Made by a program: the position numbers and the translations under genes. The notes beneath the pieces were generated by a model that made no database searches, was not told the origin of the DNA, and saw only the letters and a list, made by a program, of their open reading frames with translations. Of a stretch of DNA of 64,000 bases, positions 1 to 9,638 are shown one piece after another. The DNA is taken from NCBI GenBank assembly GCA_963700985.1, contig OY969554.1:32001-96000 (forward strand), in the 5' to 3' direction. Positions within the stretch are counted from its first letter, which is position 1; every line of letters begins with the position of its first letter. This stretch comes from an uncultured Chlamydiales bacterium (lineage in GTDB: Bacteria; Chlamydiota; Chlamydiia; Chlamydiales; Rhabdochlamydiaceae).

Positions 1-70
1 GATGATTTTGGCGCTGGTTTGGACCCGAATTGGAGTTTTGCAAATGGCTCAATAAAGCATAGAGGTCATT

Positions 71-907
71 TTGCGTAGAATTTATCTCATCCCCAATATC
101 ATCACGGCGTTTGGGCTCGCCTGCGGTCTCTTTGTAATTTTTAAAGTAAACATGGTTGAGCCCGGATCGGGCACCTATCAAGTTCTTTATGCATCTGTGC
201 TCCTATTACTAGTGGCAGCTTTTGCAGACTATGTCGACGGTGCGGTGGCACGTGCTTTTCGTGCCGAGAGTGAATTTGGTTTTATGTTCGATTCACTGGC
301 GGATGCCGTCTCTTTTGGTGTGGCGCCTTCAGTGCTGCTGCTTAAAAGTCTTTCTTTGGAACAGGGAACTGGCCTCTCCTTTTTTGCTGTAACAGGTGCG
401 ATGCTCTATTCCATTGGGGGGATTCTGCGCCTCGTGCGCTTTAACGTGCGCACCAATGAGGCAAAAGGCGATGCTGAGATGCGTGAGTCGCAAAAGAAAC
501 ATTTTACGGGCCTTCCGATTCCTGCCGCTGCTCTTGCCGCAGTTTCAATAAACCTTCTTTTCTCCTCTCCGATGGGAGAAAGGCTTATGCCCATGAGTGG
601 AGAGATGCGCGCAATCGTATTGAGCTCGCTCATGATTATTTTGGGCTATTTCATGGTTAGCCGTTGGAAGTTCCCAAGTTTAAAGATGCTCCATTTCCGC
701 GTGCCTTCATTTCAGCTGCTTTTTTTAACCGTCATTTTAGCAATTTTTGTGCTCTATGGAATTCTATACTTCTTCCCAGCTGTGCTGGCATTGATTGTGT
801 GGGGTTACATCGTCTTGGGCTGGATTCTCTCGATCATCCGGCTGATTGCAGGCAAGAAGTCGAAAACACTTGAGGATTTTGAACCCGAACGCGATGAGCT
901 AGATTAA
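71..907 (+). CDS. pssA: CDP-diacylglycerol--serine O-phosphatidyltransferase
   Basis: PNIIT start; CDP-alcohol phosphotransferase motif DYVDGAVAR...G..FDSLADAVSFGVAP; RLVRFN; FTGLPIP. Confidence 0.9.
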   Translation: MRRIYLIPNIITAFGLACGLFVIFKVNMVEPGSGTYQVLYASVLLLLVAAFADYVDGAVARAFRAESEFGFMFDSLADAVSFGVAPSVLLLKSLSLEQGTGLSFFAVTGAMLYSIGGILRLVRFNVRTNEAKGDAEMRESQKKHFTGLPIPAAALAAVSINLLFSSPMGERLMPMSGEMRAIVLSSLMIILGYFMVSRWKFPSLKMLHFRVPSFQLLFLTVILAIFVLYGILYFFPAVLALIVWGYIVLGWILSIIRLIAGKKSKTLEDFEPERDELD

Positions 908-910
908 TCT

Positions 911-2260
911 ATGCTAACTGCCTACTTTGGCTTAGGATTTGCTCTTCTATCTGCACTTCTACTCTATGTATATGAGCGGAGCCGCAAACGAGAGGCGCAT
1001 TTCCTGCTTTCAATCGCCGAGCAGAAGAACGCGGCTATTCCTCAATTAGAAGCCGCCCTTAAAGAGAAAGAAGAACAGTTAATCACCTTCAAAATCAAAC
1101 AGTCTAGCTTGGAAGAGAAGATTAACTTTGCCAAGCAAGCCAACGAGAGCTTATCCCAAGCTTTCAAAGCTCTTTCACATGAAGCCCTCGAAAAAAATAG
1201 CAGCTCCTTTCTAAAGCTGGCCAATGCGACTTTAGAGAAGTTTCAAGAGTCGGCCAAAGGCGATCTCGAAAAGAGACAACAGTCGATCACCGAAATGGTG
1301 ACTCCTATGAAAGAGTCTTTAAATAAGCTCGATTTAGGCTTAAGACAACTGGAAAAAGATCGTAAGGGCGATCAGCAGCAGATGCATGAGCAGCTGCGTT
1401 CGCTGGTTGAAACTGAGAAGCAACTGCGCCATGAAACAGCAAGCTTGGTGAAAGCTCTGCGCTCGCCCATTGCTCGCGGCAGGTGGGGAGAGATTCAGTT
1501 AAAGAGAGTAGTTGAGCTAGCTGGCATGTTGAACCATTGTGATTTCACGGAGCAGAATCACCAAGAAGATGATGAAGGGCGGCTAAGACCCGATCTTATC
1601 GTGCATCTTCCAGGCGGACGGCAGGTGATCGTCGATGCTAAAGCGCCACTTGAGGCCTATTTAGAAGCGATCCACACACAAGATGAAAATGTGCGTGAGC
1701 AGAAACTAAAAGATCACGCGCGCCAGGTGCGGCAGCATGTAGTGGCTTTAAGCAAGAAGGCTTATTGGGAGCGTTTCCATCCCACACCAGAATTCGTCGT
1801 GCTTTTTCTTCCGGCTGAAACATTTTTCAGCGCCGCACTTGAATATGATCCTTCATTAATCGAAGTCGGCGTGGAGCAAGGCGTGATCCTAGCTACACCG
1901 ACCACGCTCATCGCGCTTCTGCGTTCGGTCTCTTATGGTTGGAAGCAGGAGAGCCTTTCGCGGCATGCCGAAGAGCTCGAACAGCTCGGTCAAGAGCTCT
2001 ATAAACGCATGGTAGATATGTGCGGTCATTTTACGCGCACTGGACGCTCGCTTGGAGGTGCCGTGGAATCTTTTAACAAAGCCATGGGCTCACTCGAATC
2101 TCGCGTACTTGTCTCAGCGCGCAAATTCAAAGAGTTCGGCGCCACAAGCTCAGCCATTGATCTAGACCCGATCGACCTCGTCGAAAGAATCCCTCGCGAG
2201 CTCCAACTCCCCGAACTCACAAGCTCCCCTGTGGAGTGCGGCGACTCGCCAAAAGCTTAG
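911..2260 (+). CDS. rmuC: DNA recombination protein RmuC
   Basis: N-terminal TM and coiled coil; RGRWGEIQL, RPDLIVHLPG, IVDAKAPL, FVVLFLP, ATPTTLIALL motifs. Confidence 0.93.
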   Translation: MLTAYFGLGFALLSALLLYVYERSRKREAHFLLSIAEQKNAAIPQLEAALKEKEEQLITFKIKQSSLEEKINFAKQANESLSQAFKALSHEALEKNSSSFLKLANATLEKFQESAKGDLEKRQQSITEMVTPMKESLNKLDLGLRQLEKDRKGDQQQMHEQLRSLVETEKQLRHETASLVKALRSPIARGRWGEIQLKRVVELAGMLNHCDFTEQNHQEDDEGRLRPDLIVHLPGGRQVIVDAKAPLEAYLEAIHTQDENVREQKLKDHARQVRQHVVALSKKAYWERFHPTPEFVVLFLPAETFFSAALEYDPSLIEVGVEQGVILATPTTLIALLRSVSYGWKQESLSRHAEELEQLGQELYKRMVDMCGHFTRTGRSLGGAVESFNKAMGSLESRVLVSARKFKEFGATSSAIDLDPIDLVERIPRELQLPELTSSPVECGDSPKA

Positions 2261-3948
2261 TGCCACATCTGTCGAAGAGTTTTGAATAAATGAGAGCAAA
2301 CTCGTTTTGGCAAAGATGGTTTTAAATCAAAAGTCAATGCGCGATCGATTTTTTGCAAAAGTTCCCGTTCAACGGTTGCGAGTGTTTCAAGCCACACAGA
2401 TTCGGAAAAGGAGTCTGGGAGTAGAGCGAATACTCGTTGGTGATACCATGGATCAGAATCTTTAGGAGTGAGAACGAAAGGAGTTTTCGTAACAGTGCCA
2501 GTTCCAAAACCAAGATACCGCGCTTCTCTCATTGCGGTTTTCAATTCGCGGATTTGCTTGCGGAATGAGGAAATTTGTTCTGCTCGGGCATGATAGGAAT
2601 GGTTGCTCGGAAGGCTGACATGCTCAAGGTGGGGGATGCGCAGTAACTTTTGAATATCTTGCTCTGTAAGACCGGAGCAATCTTCCAAATAAACCGTTCT
2701 TAAATTAATAAATCTTTTTAAAATGGTGTTCAAATCTTCTGACGAGATTGCACGTGCGCTAAATCCATCTATATTTGTGGGGGAGCTTTTCTCAAGCAGT
2801 TCGTTTAAACTGATCGGCCCTCCATTTATTTTTTGGTAGTCTTCTTGAAGACTGCTGAGATCAAAGTGCGTTGCCTGACGTAATTGTCTAAAGAACATCT
2901 TAAGAGCTTGGTCGACAGTTAATTTGCAACTTTCTTCTTCACCGACGCCTAATCCGTGAATAGGGAAATAACTAGAAGCGTAAAAGGTGAGGCGTTCTGT
3001 TAGATAGTCCGAAACAGTCATGCATAGATCTGCCGGTAAGGGAAGGTATCTGCTTAATGTCAGATCACGGACTGTGGAAAGGGGAGGAAGGGGAGAAGCT
3101 GGTAGTAAACCTAATTCTTGGCGCACATCGAAACATTTTCTCCAGCTTAAATTCAAGTTTAGCTCCCATTCTTGATAAAAAGAGCTCTCGAACTCACCCA
3201 ATGGAGTCATTAACTCAAGACAATTGCGGTTAGCTTGAAGCGCAGCCAATAGCTCTTCCTTGAGAGGCTGTTCGATTGCAAGTGTGGACATGTAACTCAG
3301 CAGCATGGATTGAAGGAGTGGAGATTCGGGATGAATAACAGTAGATGTATCAACTCTCGGATCCTTTAAACCTACCAGCCTGCGCAATGAAGTAGAGGAA
3401 TCTAGCTTAATGCATTGATGAAGCTCGCGATCTTTAGAAACTTTCAAGCAAAAAACATCCAGCGTTTCTAAGCCATTTGCATCGATGGTTTGATCAAGAG
3501 GAAGGTTACCTTGAAGAATCAACTCATTTATTTGAGGAAAGGCGCGACGATATTTTGCTAAGTCTGCAAGTGCTTCCTCGCTCACGTATAGTTTTTCCAC
3601 TCGAGGAGCTTTCTGAGCCAAATGTTGCAGGTTAAAGGCTGGCGTTGTTTCACTCTGTTGATATTTGCGTAAATATTCAGCGATCATTTGGGAAGTAAGA
3701 GTCGCCGCATAGAGAAGTTCTTGATCCAGTGCTACAGTGACGGCTTTCGAGCTTAAGGTAAGAGTTAGGTGTTGAAACCCTTCTTTACTTATCGGCTGGA
3801 TGAGAAAAGCGCTGATAATGGATTGGACATCTTGTGCCACATGGTCTTTTAAGGCGTCATCAAGTGCAGCTGAAAGAGCTGCTCTGTCTTCGTATTTAAA
3901 AAGACCTCGAGTTGAATGTTCTGGGTAATAACAAATGGCTTTACTCAT
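2257..3948 (-). CDS. Hypothetical protein with F-box-like helices and LRR-like segments (candidate effector)
   Basis: 563 aa ORF; LPADLCMTVSDYL; NLRTVYLEDCSGLTEQDIQKL LRR-like unit. Confidence 0.55.
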   Translation of the reverse strand: MSKAICYYPEHSTRGLFKYEDRAALSAALDDALKDHVAQDVQSIISAFLIQPISKEGFQHLTLTLSSKAVTVALDQELLYAATLTSQMIAEYLRKYQQSETTPAFNLQHLAQKAPRVEKLYVSEEALADLAKYRRAFPQINELILQGNLPLDQTIDANGLETLDVFCLKVSKDRELHQCIKLDSSTSLRRLVGLKDPRVDTSTVIHPESPLLQSMLLSYMSTLAIEQPLKEELLAALQANRNCLELMTPLGEFESSFYQEWELNLNLSWRKCFDVRQELGLLPASPLPPLSTVRDLTLSRYLPLPADLCMTVSDYLTERLTFYASSYFPIHGLGVGEEESCKLTVDQALKMFFRQLRQATHFDLSSLQEDYQKINGGPISLNELLEKSSPTNIDGFSARAISSEDLNTILKRFINLRTVYLEDCSGLTEQDIQKLLRIPHLEHVSLPSNHSYHARAEQISSFRKQIRELKTAMREARYLGFGTGTVTKTPFVLTPKDSDPWYHQRVFALLPDSFSESVWLETLATVERELLQKIDRALTFDLKPSLPKRVCSHLFKTLRQMWH

Positions 3949-4060
3949 ATAACCTAAAATTAAAATTTAATATAATTATAAATGATTGTATTGTTTATTA
4001 AAATATTAAATATTATTTTATATTTGTTTCGTAAGTTGTTGATGATGAGTTAATTATATA

Positions 4061-4114
4061 TTAAACAAGTGAGCGGAAGCTGAGCGCTTCCATGAGATGA
4101 TCATTGGCGATCGA
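4061..4114 (-). repeat. Duplicated 3' end of comM (att-like direct repeat of 4896-4949)
   Basis: 51/54 identical to 4896-4949; encodes SIANDHLMEALSFRSLV* versus SIATDHLMEALSFRSLV*. Confidence 0.92.
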
Positions 4115-4135
4115 AGTTCTGGTATCGTCCGCCTT

Positions 4136-4483
4136 TTACTCCTGCTCTAGAGTAGTGACAATTTGCTCGAGCTGCTTGCATAAAGACGGTAAATAATCGC
4201 GAATTGTTCTCCAAACGACATCATGATCGATATGGAAATAGGCGTGAATTAGGCGGTTTCTCATTCCAACTGTCTCTTTCCATGGGATCTTAGGAAATCG
4301 CTTTTGTGTTTTTTTAGAAATTCTTCCAGCAGCTTCTCCTACAACCTCAAATTCCCTCACAACTGCTGAGAGAAATTGTCTGTCTTTATCCAAATCAATT
4401 CTTTTTCTCCCTCGGGCAAAAGAAAGAATAGCTTGGGCAGAGTCAAGCATATGTTTAAAGCGAATTAAATCTTTATTTTCCAT
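4136..4483 (-). CDS. hepT: HEPN/DUF86 ribonuclease toxin (HepT-like)
   Basis: RNRLIHAY (RX4HXY) motif; EVVGEAA; overlaps the upstream MNT gene. Confidence 0.88.
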   Translation of the reverse strand: MENKDLIRFKHMLDSAQAILSFARGRKRIDLDKDRQFLSAVVREFEVVGEAAGRISKKTQKRFPKIPWKETVGMRNRLIHAYFHIDHDVVWRTIRDYLPSLCKQLEQIVTTLEQE

Positions 4484-4775
4484 AGATAGTCTTTGCTTTT
4501 GCTAAGACTTCATCTCTGAAGAGAGGGCTTAAATCGTTTGGAGTTTTTAAATCGACTTCTCGTCCAATAATTTCGCCAAGTTCTGATTCAATACCTGCAA
4601 AGCTGAAAAGATGAGGAATATGTTTTTTCTCAAATTTGACCAATATGTCTATGTCGCTTTTCTTCGAAAAATTCGAAGTTAAAACAGACCCAAAAAGAGC
4701 CAAATATACAATATGATATTTCCTGCAAAATTTTTCAATTTTGCGTTTATCTAGATTGATTGGGATCTTTTTCAT
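4473..4775 (-). CDS. mntA: Minimal nucleotidyltransferase antitoxin (MntA-like)
   Basis: FGS-x-SDIDILV motif, ~100 aa, GREVDL; coupled to the HEPN gene. Confidence 0.88.
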   Translation of the reverse strand: MKKIPINLDKRKIEKFCRKYHIVYLALFGSVLTSNFSKKSDIDILVKFEKKHIPHLFSFAGIESELGEIIGREVDLKTPNDLSPLFRDEVLAKAKTIYGK

Positions 4776-4840
4776 AGAGATGCCTTTTTTTCTATTTTAA
4801 TGGGCTCTTCTCGGTGAAGTCAAGAGGTTCAATTTATTTT

Positions 4841-4889
4841 TGGAGCGCGTGGGATTTTGTCACAGCGGTGACAAGTCCCACGCACTCCA
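4841..4889. repeat. REP-like palindrome (TGGAG..GACAAGT..GCACTCCA family)
   Basis: Near-perfect hairpin tggagcgcgtgggattttgtcac-agcg-gtgacaagtcccacgcactcca; ends match copies at 43.6, 45.1 and 52.5-52.8 kb. Confidence 0.75.
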
Positions 4890-4895
4890 CGATAT

Positions 4896-6419
4896 TTATA
4901 CAAGTGAGCGGAAGCTGAGCGCTTCCATGAGATGATCGGTGGCGATCGAGGCGCTTGCATCGAGATCGGCGATGGTGCGGGCGAGTTTTAGGATGCGGGT
5001 GTAGGCGCGGGCAGAGAGGCTCATCTTGTCCATGGCTTGTCGAATGAGAGCTTGTCCTTGGCTGTCTAGAGCGCAAAAACGCGTGAGTTCTTGCGGAGAC
5101 ATCTGTGCATTAGTTTTACTGCGGCCAAAGCGTGCTTGCTGCACTGCGCGGGCTTTAATGACTCTGGCACGCACGGTTTGACTTGTTTCGGGCTTATGCT
5201 GCGAGGTGAGGTCTAGGAAGGGCACATGAGGCACTTCGACATGCATGTCGATGCGATCGAGCAGGGGGCCTGAGATCTTACTGCGATAGCGATGGATTTG
5301 TGTGGGCGTGTCGCGGCAGGGCTTTTGCGGATGTCCGAGATAGCCGCATGGGCAGGGGTTCATGGCAGCTACGAACAAGCAAGCTGTTGGAAAAGTTAGC
5401 GATGTGTTTGCGCGCGTGATCATCACGCTGCCATTTTCTAGGGGTTGTCGCAGGACTTCAAGTGTATGCCGTGAAAATTCGGGCAGTTCATCGAGAAAAA
5501 GCACACCCAAATGCGCGAGCGATAGTTCACCGGGGCGGGGAACTTTGCCGCCGCCTACAAGGCCAATTGCACTAATTGTGTGATGCGGGTTGCGGAAGGG
5601 TCTTTCACGCACGAGTGCGGCTCCTGATGAGAGTAGGCCTGCTAGCGAGTGGATTTTGGTGATCTCCAGTATTTCATCTAAAGAAAGGGGAGGCAGGATG
5701 CCCCCGAGTGCCTTGGACATGAGGGTTTTGCCTGTGCCAGGTGGCCCAAACAAGAGCAAGTTATGACCGCCGCTGGCTGCCACTTCAAGTGCACGTTTAA
5801 CGGGCAGCTGTCCTTTGATTTCTGAAAAGTCAACAAAGCCAATTGTCGGCGCAAGGCTTGCAGAAGGTGGCGAATATGTTGTTGGTCTAATAGAGGATGG
5901 ATGTCTGAGAAACTCCACGGCATCTTTTAGATATTCAATGCCGATGACGTCCACGCCTTCTACGGCAGCGGCTTCTTCTGCGTTTTGCTTAGGTACTAAG
6001 ATGCCTTTTTTGCCGAGCTTTCGCGCTAGTAAGGCTGCTGAGAGAGCGCCACGCATGGGGCGCATCTGTCCTGCGAGCGAGAGCTCTCCTACGAATAGAT
6101 AATCCGCACCCACAGGTGAGGTGAGCTGTCCATGTGAAAGCAGAAGTGCAAGTGCAATGGGTAGATCATAAAGCGCGCCTTCTTTTTTCAAATCAGCGGG
6201 CGCGAGATTAATCGTGCAGTGCAAGGAGCCTAATTCAAAGCCGGAGTTTTTGAGAGCGGAAAGTACGCGATCTTTGGATTCTTTCACGGCTGTATCGGGC
6301 ATGCCGACGATCACAAAGTGCGTCTTTTCGCCTTTTTTTGTATCAGCTTCAACTTCAACGGTGAGTGCGTCAACTCCCAAGAAAGCTACAGATTGTAAAT
6401 GTGCAGGAATCATATCCAA
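4896..6419 (-). CDS. comM: YifB/ComM family Mg-chelatase-like AAA+ ATPase
   Basis: INLAPADLKKEG, GPPGTGKT, FRNPHHT, GVLFLDELPEF, MNPCPCGY, ISGPLLDRID. Confidence 0.95.
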   Translation of the reverse strand: MDMIPAHLQSVAFLGVDALTVEVEADTKKGEKTHFVIVGMPDTAVKESKDRVLSALKNSGFELGSLHCTINLAPADLKKEGALYDLPIALALLLSHGQLTSPVGADYLFVGELSLAGQMRPMRGALSAALLARKLGKKGILVPKQNAEEAAAVEGVDVIGIEYLKDAVEFLRHPSSIRPTTYSPPSASLAPTIGFVDFSEIKGQLPVKRALEVAASGGHNLLLFGPPGTGKTLMSKALGGILPPLSLDEILEITKIHSLAGLLSSGAALVRERPFRNPHHTISAIGLVGGGKVPRPGELSLAHLGVLFLDELPEFSRHTLEVLRQPLENGSVMITRANTSLTFPTACLFVAAMNPCPCGYLGHPQKPCRDTPTQIHRYRSKISGPLLDRIDMHVEVPHVPFLDLTSQHKPETSQTVRARVIKARAVQQARFGRSKTNAQMSPQELTRFCALDSQGQALIRQAMDKMSLSARAYTRILKLARTIADLDASASIATDHLMEALSFRSLV

Positions 6420-6481
6420 AAGATTTTAAAATTTTTTGAATTGGCCCGAAACAAAAATCTTAAAAAGATCTAAAGCCCAGT

Positions 6482-7261
6482 CTAGATATTCAGCTTGAGC
6501 TGTTCGATCCAGTCTGGAGGGATGCCAGCTTTTTGGCGGTTTTCTTCGAAGAGTTTAAAGCCGCAAGCGCGGTCGGGGGTGAGCAGCTGTGGTACGTTTT
6601 CGCGCCAGGTTTGCCACTCAGATTGATTGTTGTCTTTTAGCTTTTGCAGCCAGCGGAATCCGAATGAGACGTGGGCAATCTCATCTTCTAAAATTGTTTT
6701 CATCAGCGCGGCAGATGCTTCATCGCCGTTGCGTGCAAAAGATTTGCCATAAAGTGGTGCAAAGTCGAGGTTGGCCATTTCAAAAGTCAAACTCATCACG
6801 CTGACGTAACGCACTGGAGAGGTGAGAAAGGGGACGTAGTTCCAGAAGTGGCGATAAAGGGGGAGATCGCCAAATTTAAGTCCCATTTCGGCCATGCGTT
6901 TCATGTAAAGACGCACATGTCCTTGCTCTTCTTTTAATGTATTGGCAACGCCGCGGCGAAAGTGTTTGGGGGCTTCTGGGAAAGCTAAGAGTGCATAAGC
7001 CATAATCTCGACGGCTAGAAGTTCATGACCAGCAAAACGATGTAGGCAAGCCGCTCTTTTATCAGCGTCTGCATGATCGTGAAAGGAGGGGAGTTTTTCT
7101 TTGGCTGTATGTCGTTTGAAACTCATGTAGCTTGGACGGCAGGGTTCATCCCAGATAAGCGGCGGACCTGGGTTATGATCGGTAAGCTCAAGCGGATCGA
7201 GGAGTTTTTCTTCTAGAGTGTCAGCACTTAAAATGCGAATTGCCCAGTCACGTAGTTCCAT
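6482..7261 (-). CDS. Ferritin-like diiron protein (DUF455 family)
   Basis: HELLAVE, EEQGH, EMANLD and DEIAH diiron ligand pattern. Confidence 0.75.
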   Translation of the reverse strand: MELRDWAIRILSADTLEEKLLDPLELTDHNPGPPLIWDEPCRPSYMSFKRHTAKEKLPSFHDHADADKRAACLHRFAGHELLAVEIMAYALLAFPEAPKHFRRGVANTLKEEQGHVRLYMKRMAEMGLKFGDLPLYRHFWNYVPFLTSPVRYVSVMSLTFEMANLDFAPLYGKSFARNGDEASAALMKTILEDEIAHVSFGFRWLQKLKDNNQSEWQTWRENVPQLLTPDRACGFKLFEENRQKAGIPPDWIEQLKLNI

Positions 7262-7281
7262 AAAAAATGAGAAAAAGAAAA

Positions 7282-7308
7282 AGCGAAGGGAGGGTAACTC
7301 CCTTCGCT
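7282..7308 (-). terminator. Rho-independent terminator after the SH3-domain gene
   Basis: agcgaagggag-ggtaa-ctcccttcgct hairpin followed by a T-rich tract on the minus strand. Confidence 0.7.
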
Positions 7309-7319
7309 AAAGTGAAAGA

Positions 7320-8588
7320 TTATTCTATTGCGATGATATAATAGGCTGGGAAAGCGAAGTTGTTATTCGATCTTGGGCATCCAAGTAGAGTAACCTTCTT
7401 GCCAATCATGTTTTGCAGGTTGATCTTCGTGCTGTAAACATATGCTACAGGAAGATCTTTATCGCGGATGATGAAATCGCCTGGCTTATTCTTTACAGGA
7501 GCTGTGTAAGCTTCGACTATTCCAGTTACAGGAACAGCTGCGAGCTTCTGCTCGTTATAGAATTGGTCTTGGCTCTTGTCGTCATTCATTTGCGACCAGC
7601 TTAAATAGAGAGCTTCTTCAATCGGATCCCACATCTTCATCTTGTCGCTAACTTGCATGAAGCTAGCCGCAGAATCATCTTTTTGATTGTCTACTTCAAA
7701 AGAAGACTCTTCAGCAGCAGAATTCGATTTTCTGTCTACATGAGCAAGACGTTTTTGAACATATGCTTCTTGTAGGCTAACGAGTTGCTCTTTAGCTTTT
7801 TCGACATATTCTGGGAAGTCTGTGTATTCACCGATAACTGTCTTGTAGCTGTGAGTTACGCGCTCGATGTCCATTTCGTTAAATGATTTTTGCAACTCAG
7901 CTTTTCCAAGCAGAGAAGCAGCATCTAACAATTGTTCGACGTTAATACGGCGTTTATCAGCCTGAGTTTTAATTTCAGGGCCGCCCACATTTTCAAGGTA
8001 TTCTTTGGCGATATAAAAATGTGTATTTGCAGGAGGAGAAATCTCAAACCATTTACTGTTAGCAGCGCAAACTGTTCCTTGGATTTTTTCACCGGCATTA
8101 AGATGGCCGATAACAGGAGCATCGGTGCTTGGATGAAGGCGGACGTTTACGCGATTGCCTTCGACGACGTTATCGAGGATAAAGCTGCGGAAAACGTAAG
8201 CTTTAACGCCTGCTGGTGCTTGTACAGCCCAGAAATCGCCTTTTTGAGCGACAACTGTCAGGAGGTCATTCTTTTTCATTTCGCGGATAATTGCGCTATC
8301 CGTATCTGCTTTCGCACGCATTCTGACTTTTTTTCCTTTGACTTTACCAGTAAAAGGAGAAACTGCCACTTCTACGGCTTTAACAGGAACGGGCTTCACA
8401 GCTGTTGTCTGTACTGTAGGAGCAGGAAGAGCAGAGGCTGACTCAGCAGCTTGAACTTCTACTGCTTGCGAGGCAGGGATAGATAGGGAAATCTCTTGTG
8501 GATCTGCCAAGCTTGTTGGTCCCATCCCATCTGCCATGAGAAGAGAGGTGCAAACTGTGGCGCTAAATAAAGCTAGATACTTGGACAT
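7320..8588 (-). CDS. Secreted protein with two bacterial SH3 domains (conserved chlamydial, CT017-like)
   Basis: Signal peptide; KVRMRAKADTDSAII and RVNVRLHPSTDAPVIG SH3b repeats; C-terminal NNFAFPAYY. Confidence 0.8.
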   Translation of the reverse strand: MSKYLALFSATVCTSLLMADGMGPTSLADPQEISLSIPASQAVEVQAAESASALPAPTVQTTAVKPVPVKAVEVAVSPFTGKVKGKKVRMRAKADTDSAIIREMKKNDLLTVVAQKGDFWAVQAPAGVKAYVFRSFILDNVVEGNRVNVRLHPSTDAPVIGHLNAGEKIQGTVCAANSKWFEISPPANTHFYIAKEYLENVGGPEIKTQADKRRINVEQLLDAASLLGKAELQKSFNEMDIERVTHSYKTVIGEYTDFPEYVEKAKEQLVSLQEAYVQKRLAHVDRKSNSAAEESSFEVDNQKDDSAASFMQVSDKMKMWDPIEEALYLSWSQMNDDKSQDQFYNEQKLAAVPVTGIVEAYTAPVKNKPGDFIIRDKDLPVAYVYSTKINLQNMIGKKVTLLGCPRSNNNFAFPAYYIIAIE

Positions 8589-8688
8589 AGTGGAACTCCT
8601 CTGATCAGAAAATTCGAGTCTTAATCCGTGATTCTAGGAGGTGGCATTTTTTAACACCACACAAAACTCAAATTGACAGATAGAAGAG

Positions 8689-9411
8689 TTAGCTTCTGAG
8701 GACGGCGAGAATATGCTCGCAGGACTCTTTTCCACAGGTGCACCCGACGGGCGTTCCTAGGAAAACATTATACTTCTCTTTTTCATCGAGAGGATTGGTA
8801 AGGGTGAAAAATTTATCGTTGGTTTGAACGATGTTCCATGAGCTAAATTTCAACTCTTCATCTGAAACTTCGTCGTCAATGCCTTCGATTTCGATGGCAG
8901 CGGGCTCTGATTCAATCATCTCTCCATGGATAGCGCGCGAGATTTGGCAGTGCATGCAATTGCAATCTGGCTCAGATGCAGGCAGCACATTTGGATCATC
9001 CAGGCCGGCTGTCTTAGAGAGGAATGCGATTTTGTTTAAAATCTCTTCAGGAAGAGGCGGGGTGTCGGCTTGTTGAGGATTATGTTGTAGAAGGCTGCCG
9101 AGATTCTGCAGTTCCACCATATCTCCCATCGCAATTTTAAGAGGGAAGCTTATGCTGAGCTGTTCTTGAGGCGCGTCTAGGTCTCTTGGATCGGGTCTTG
9201 AGAGTTCTTGATCCATGAACTTAGCATGCGCATGAAAAATCGCATCGATAATGGGCAATTCCAGGCCGGGGATCTCAATTCTCTGGCCATTTAGCAATAC
9301 CACGATTAGTTCAGGTAGGCCATCTCGAGATTCCACTGTAAGGGAAGCGACGTTCTTCCAGGAAGTTGAGATATAAGGAGGGAGGCTCAAAATCTTATAG
9401 TTGATTCTCAT
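8689..9411 (-). CDS. Conserved chlamydial hypothetical protein with C-terminal SWIM-like zinc finger (CT016-like)
   Basis: ILSLPPYISTSW start; CNCMHCQI; GCTCGKESCEHI. Confidence 0.75.
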   Translation of the reverse strand: MRINYKILSLPPYISTSWKNVASLTVESRDGLPELIVVLLNGQRIEIPGLELPIIDAIFHAHAKFMDQELSRPDPRDLDAPQEQLSISFPLKIAMGDMVELQNLGSLLQHNPQQADTPPLPEEILNKIAFLSKTAGLDDPNVLPASEPDCNCMHCQISRAIHGEMIESEPAAIEIEGIDDEVSDEELKFSSWNIVQTNDKFFTLTNPLDEKEKYNVFLGTPVGCTCGKESCEHILAVLRS

Positions 9412-9638
9412 TTTAGACCTCTCAAAGTTAAAACATTCGTTTAACCCCTATTATAGCGGAAGAGATTTTTGGTGGCTAATAAATTTAGCAGTTGCTTGAT
9501 ATGTGTGCTTATTTATTGATGTAAGTAATTAAAAATAAATATGTTATAAATACATTGATAATATATGAAAAAAAGATTGTTCGAAGGGGGGCACTCAGAT
9601 ATTCTCCATTTTTTGGTCCAAAGATAGGAGCGACTCAC

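Noticed and set aside
1-55. Possible 3' end of an upstream gene (..MILALVWTRIGVLQMAQ*)
   Set aside because: Too short to identify
6482-7261. DUF455 diiron protein as the NHLP-modifying enzyme
   Set aside because: Lies in the housekeeping block 5 kb away, with no evidence of linkage or a leader-binding domain
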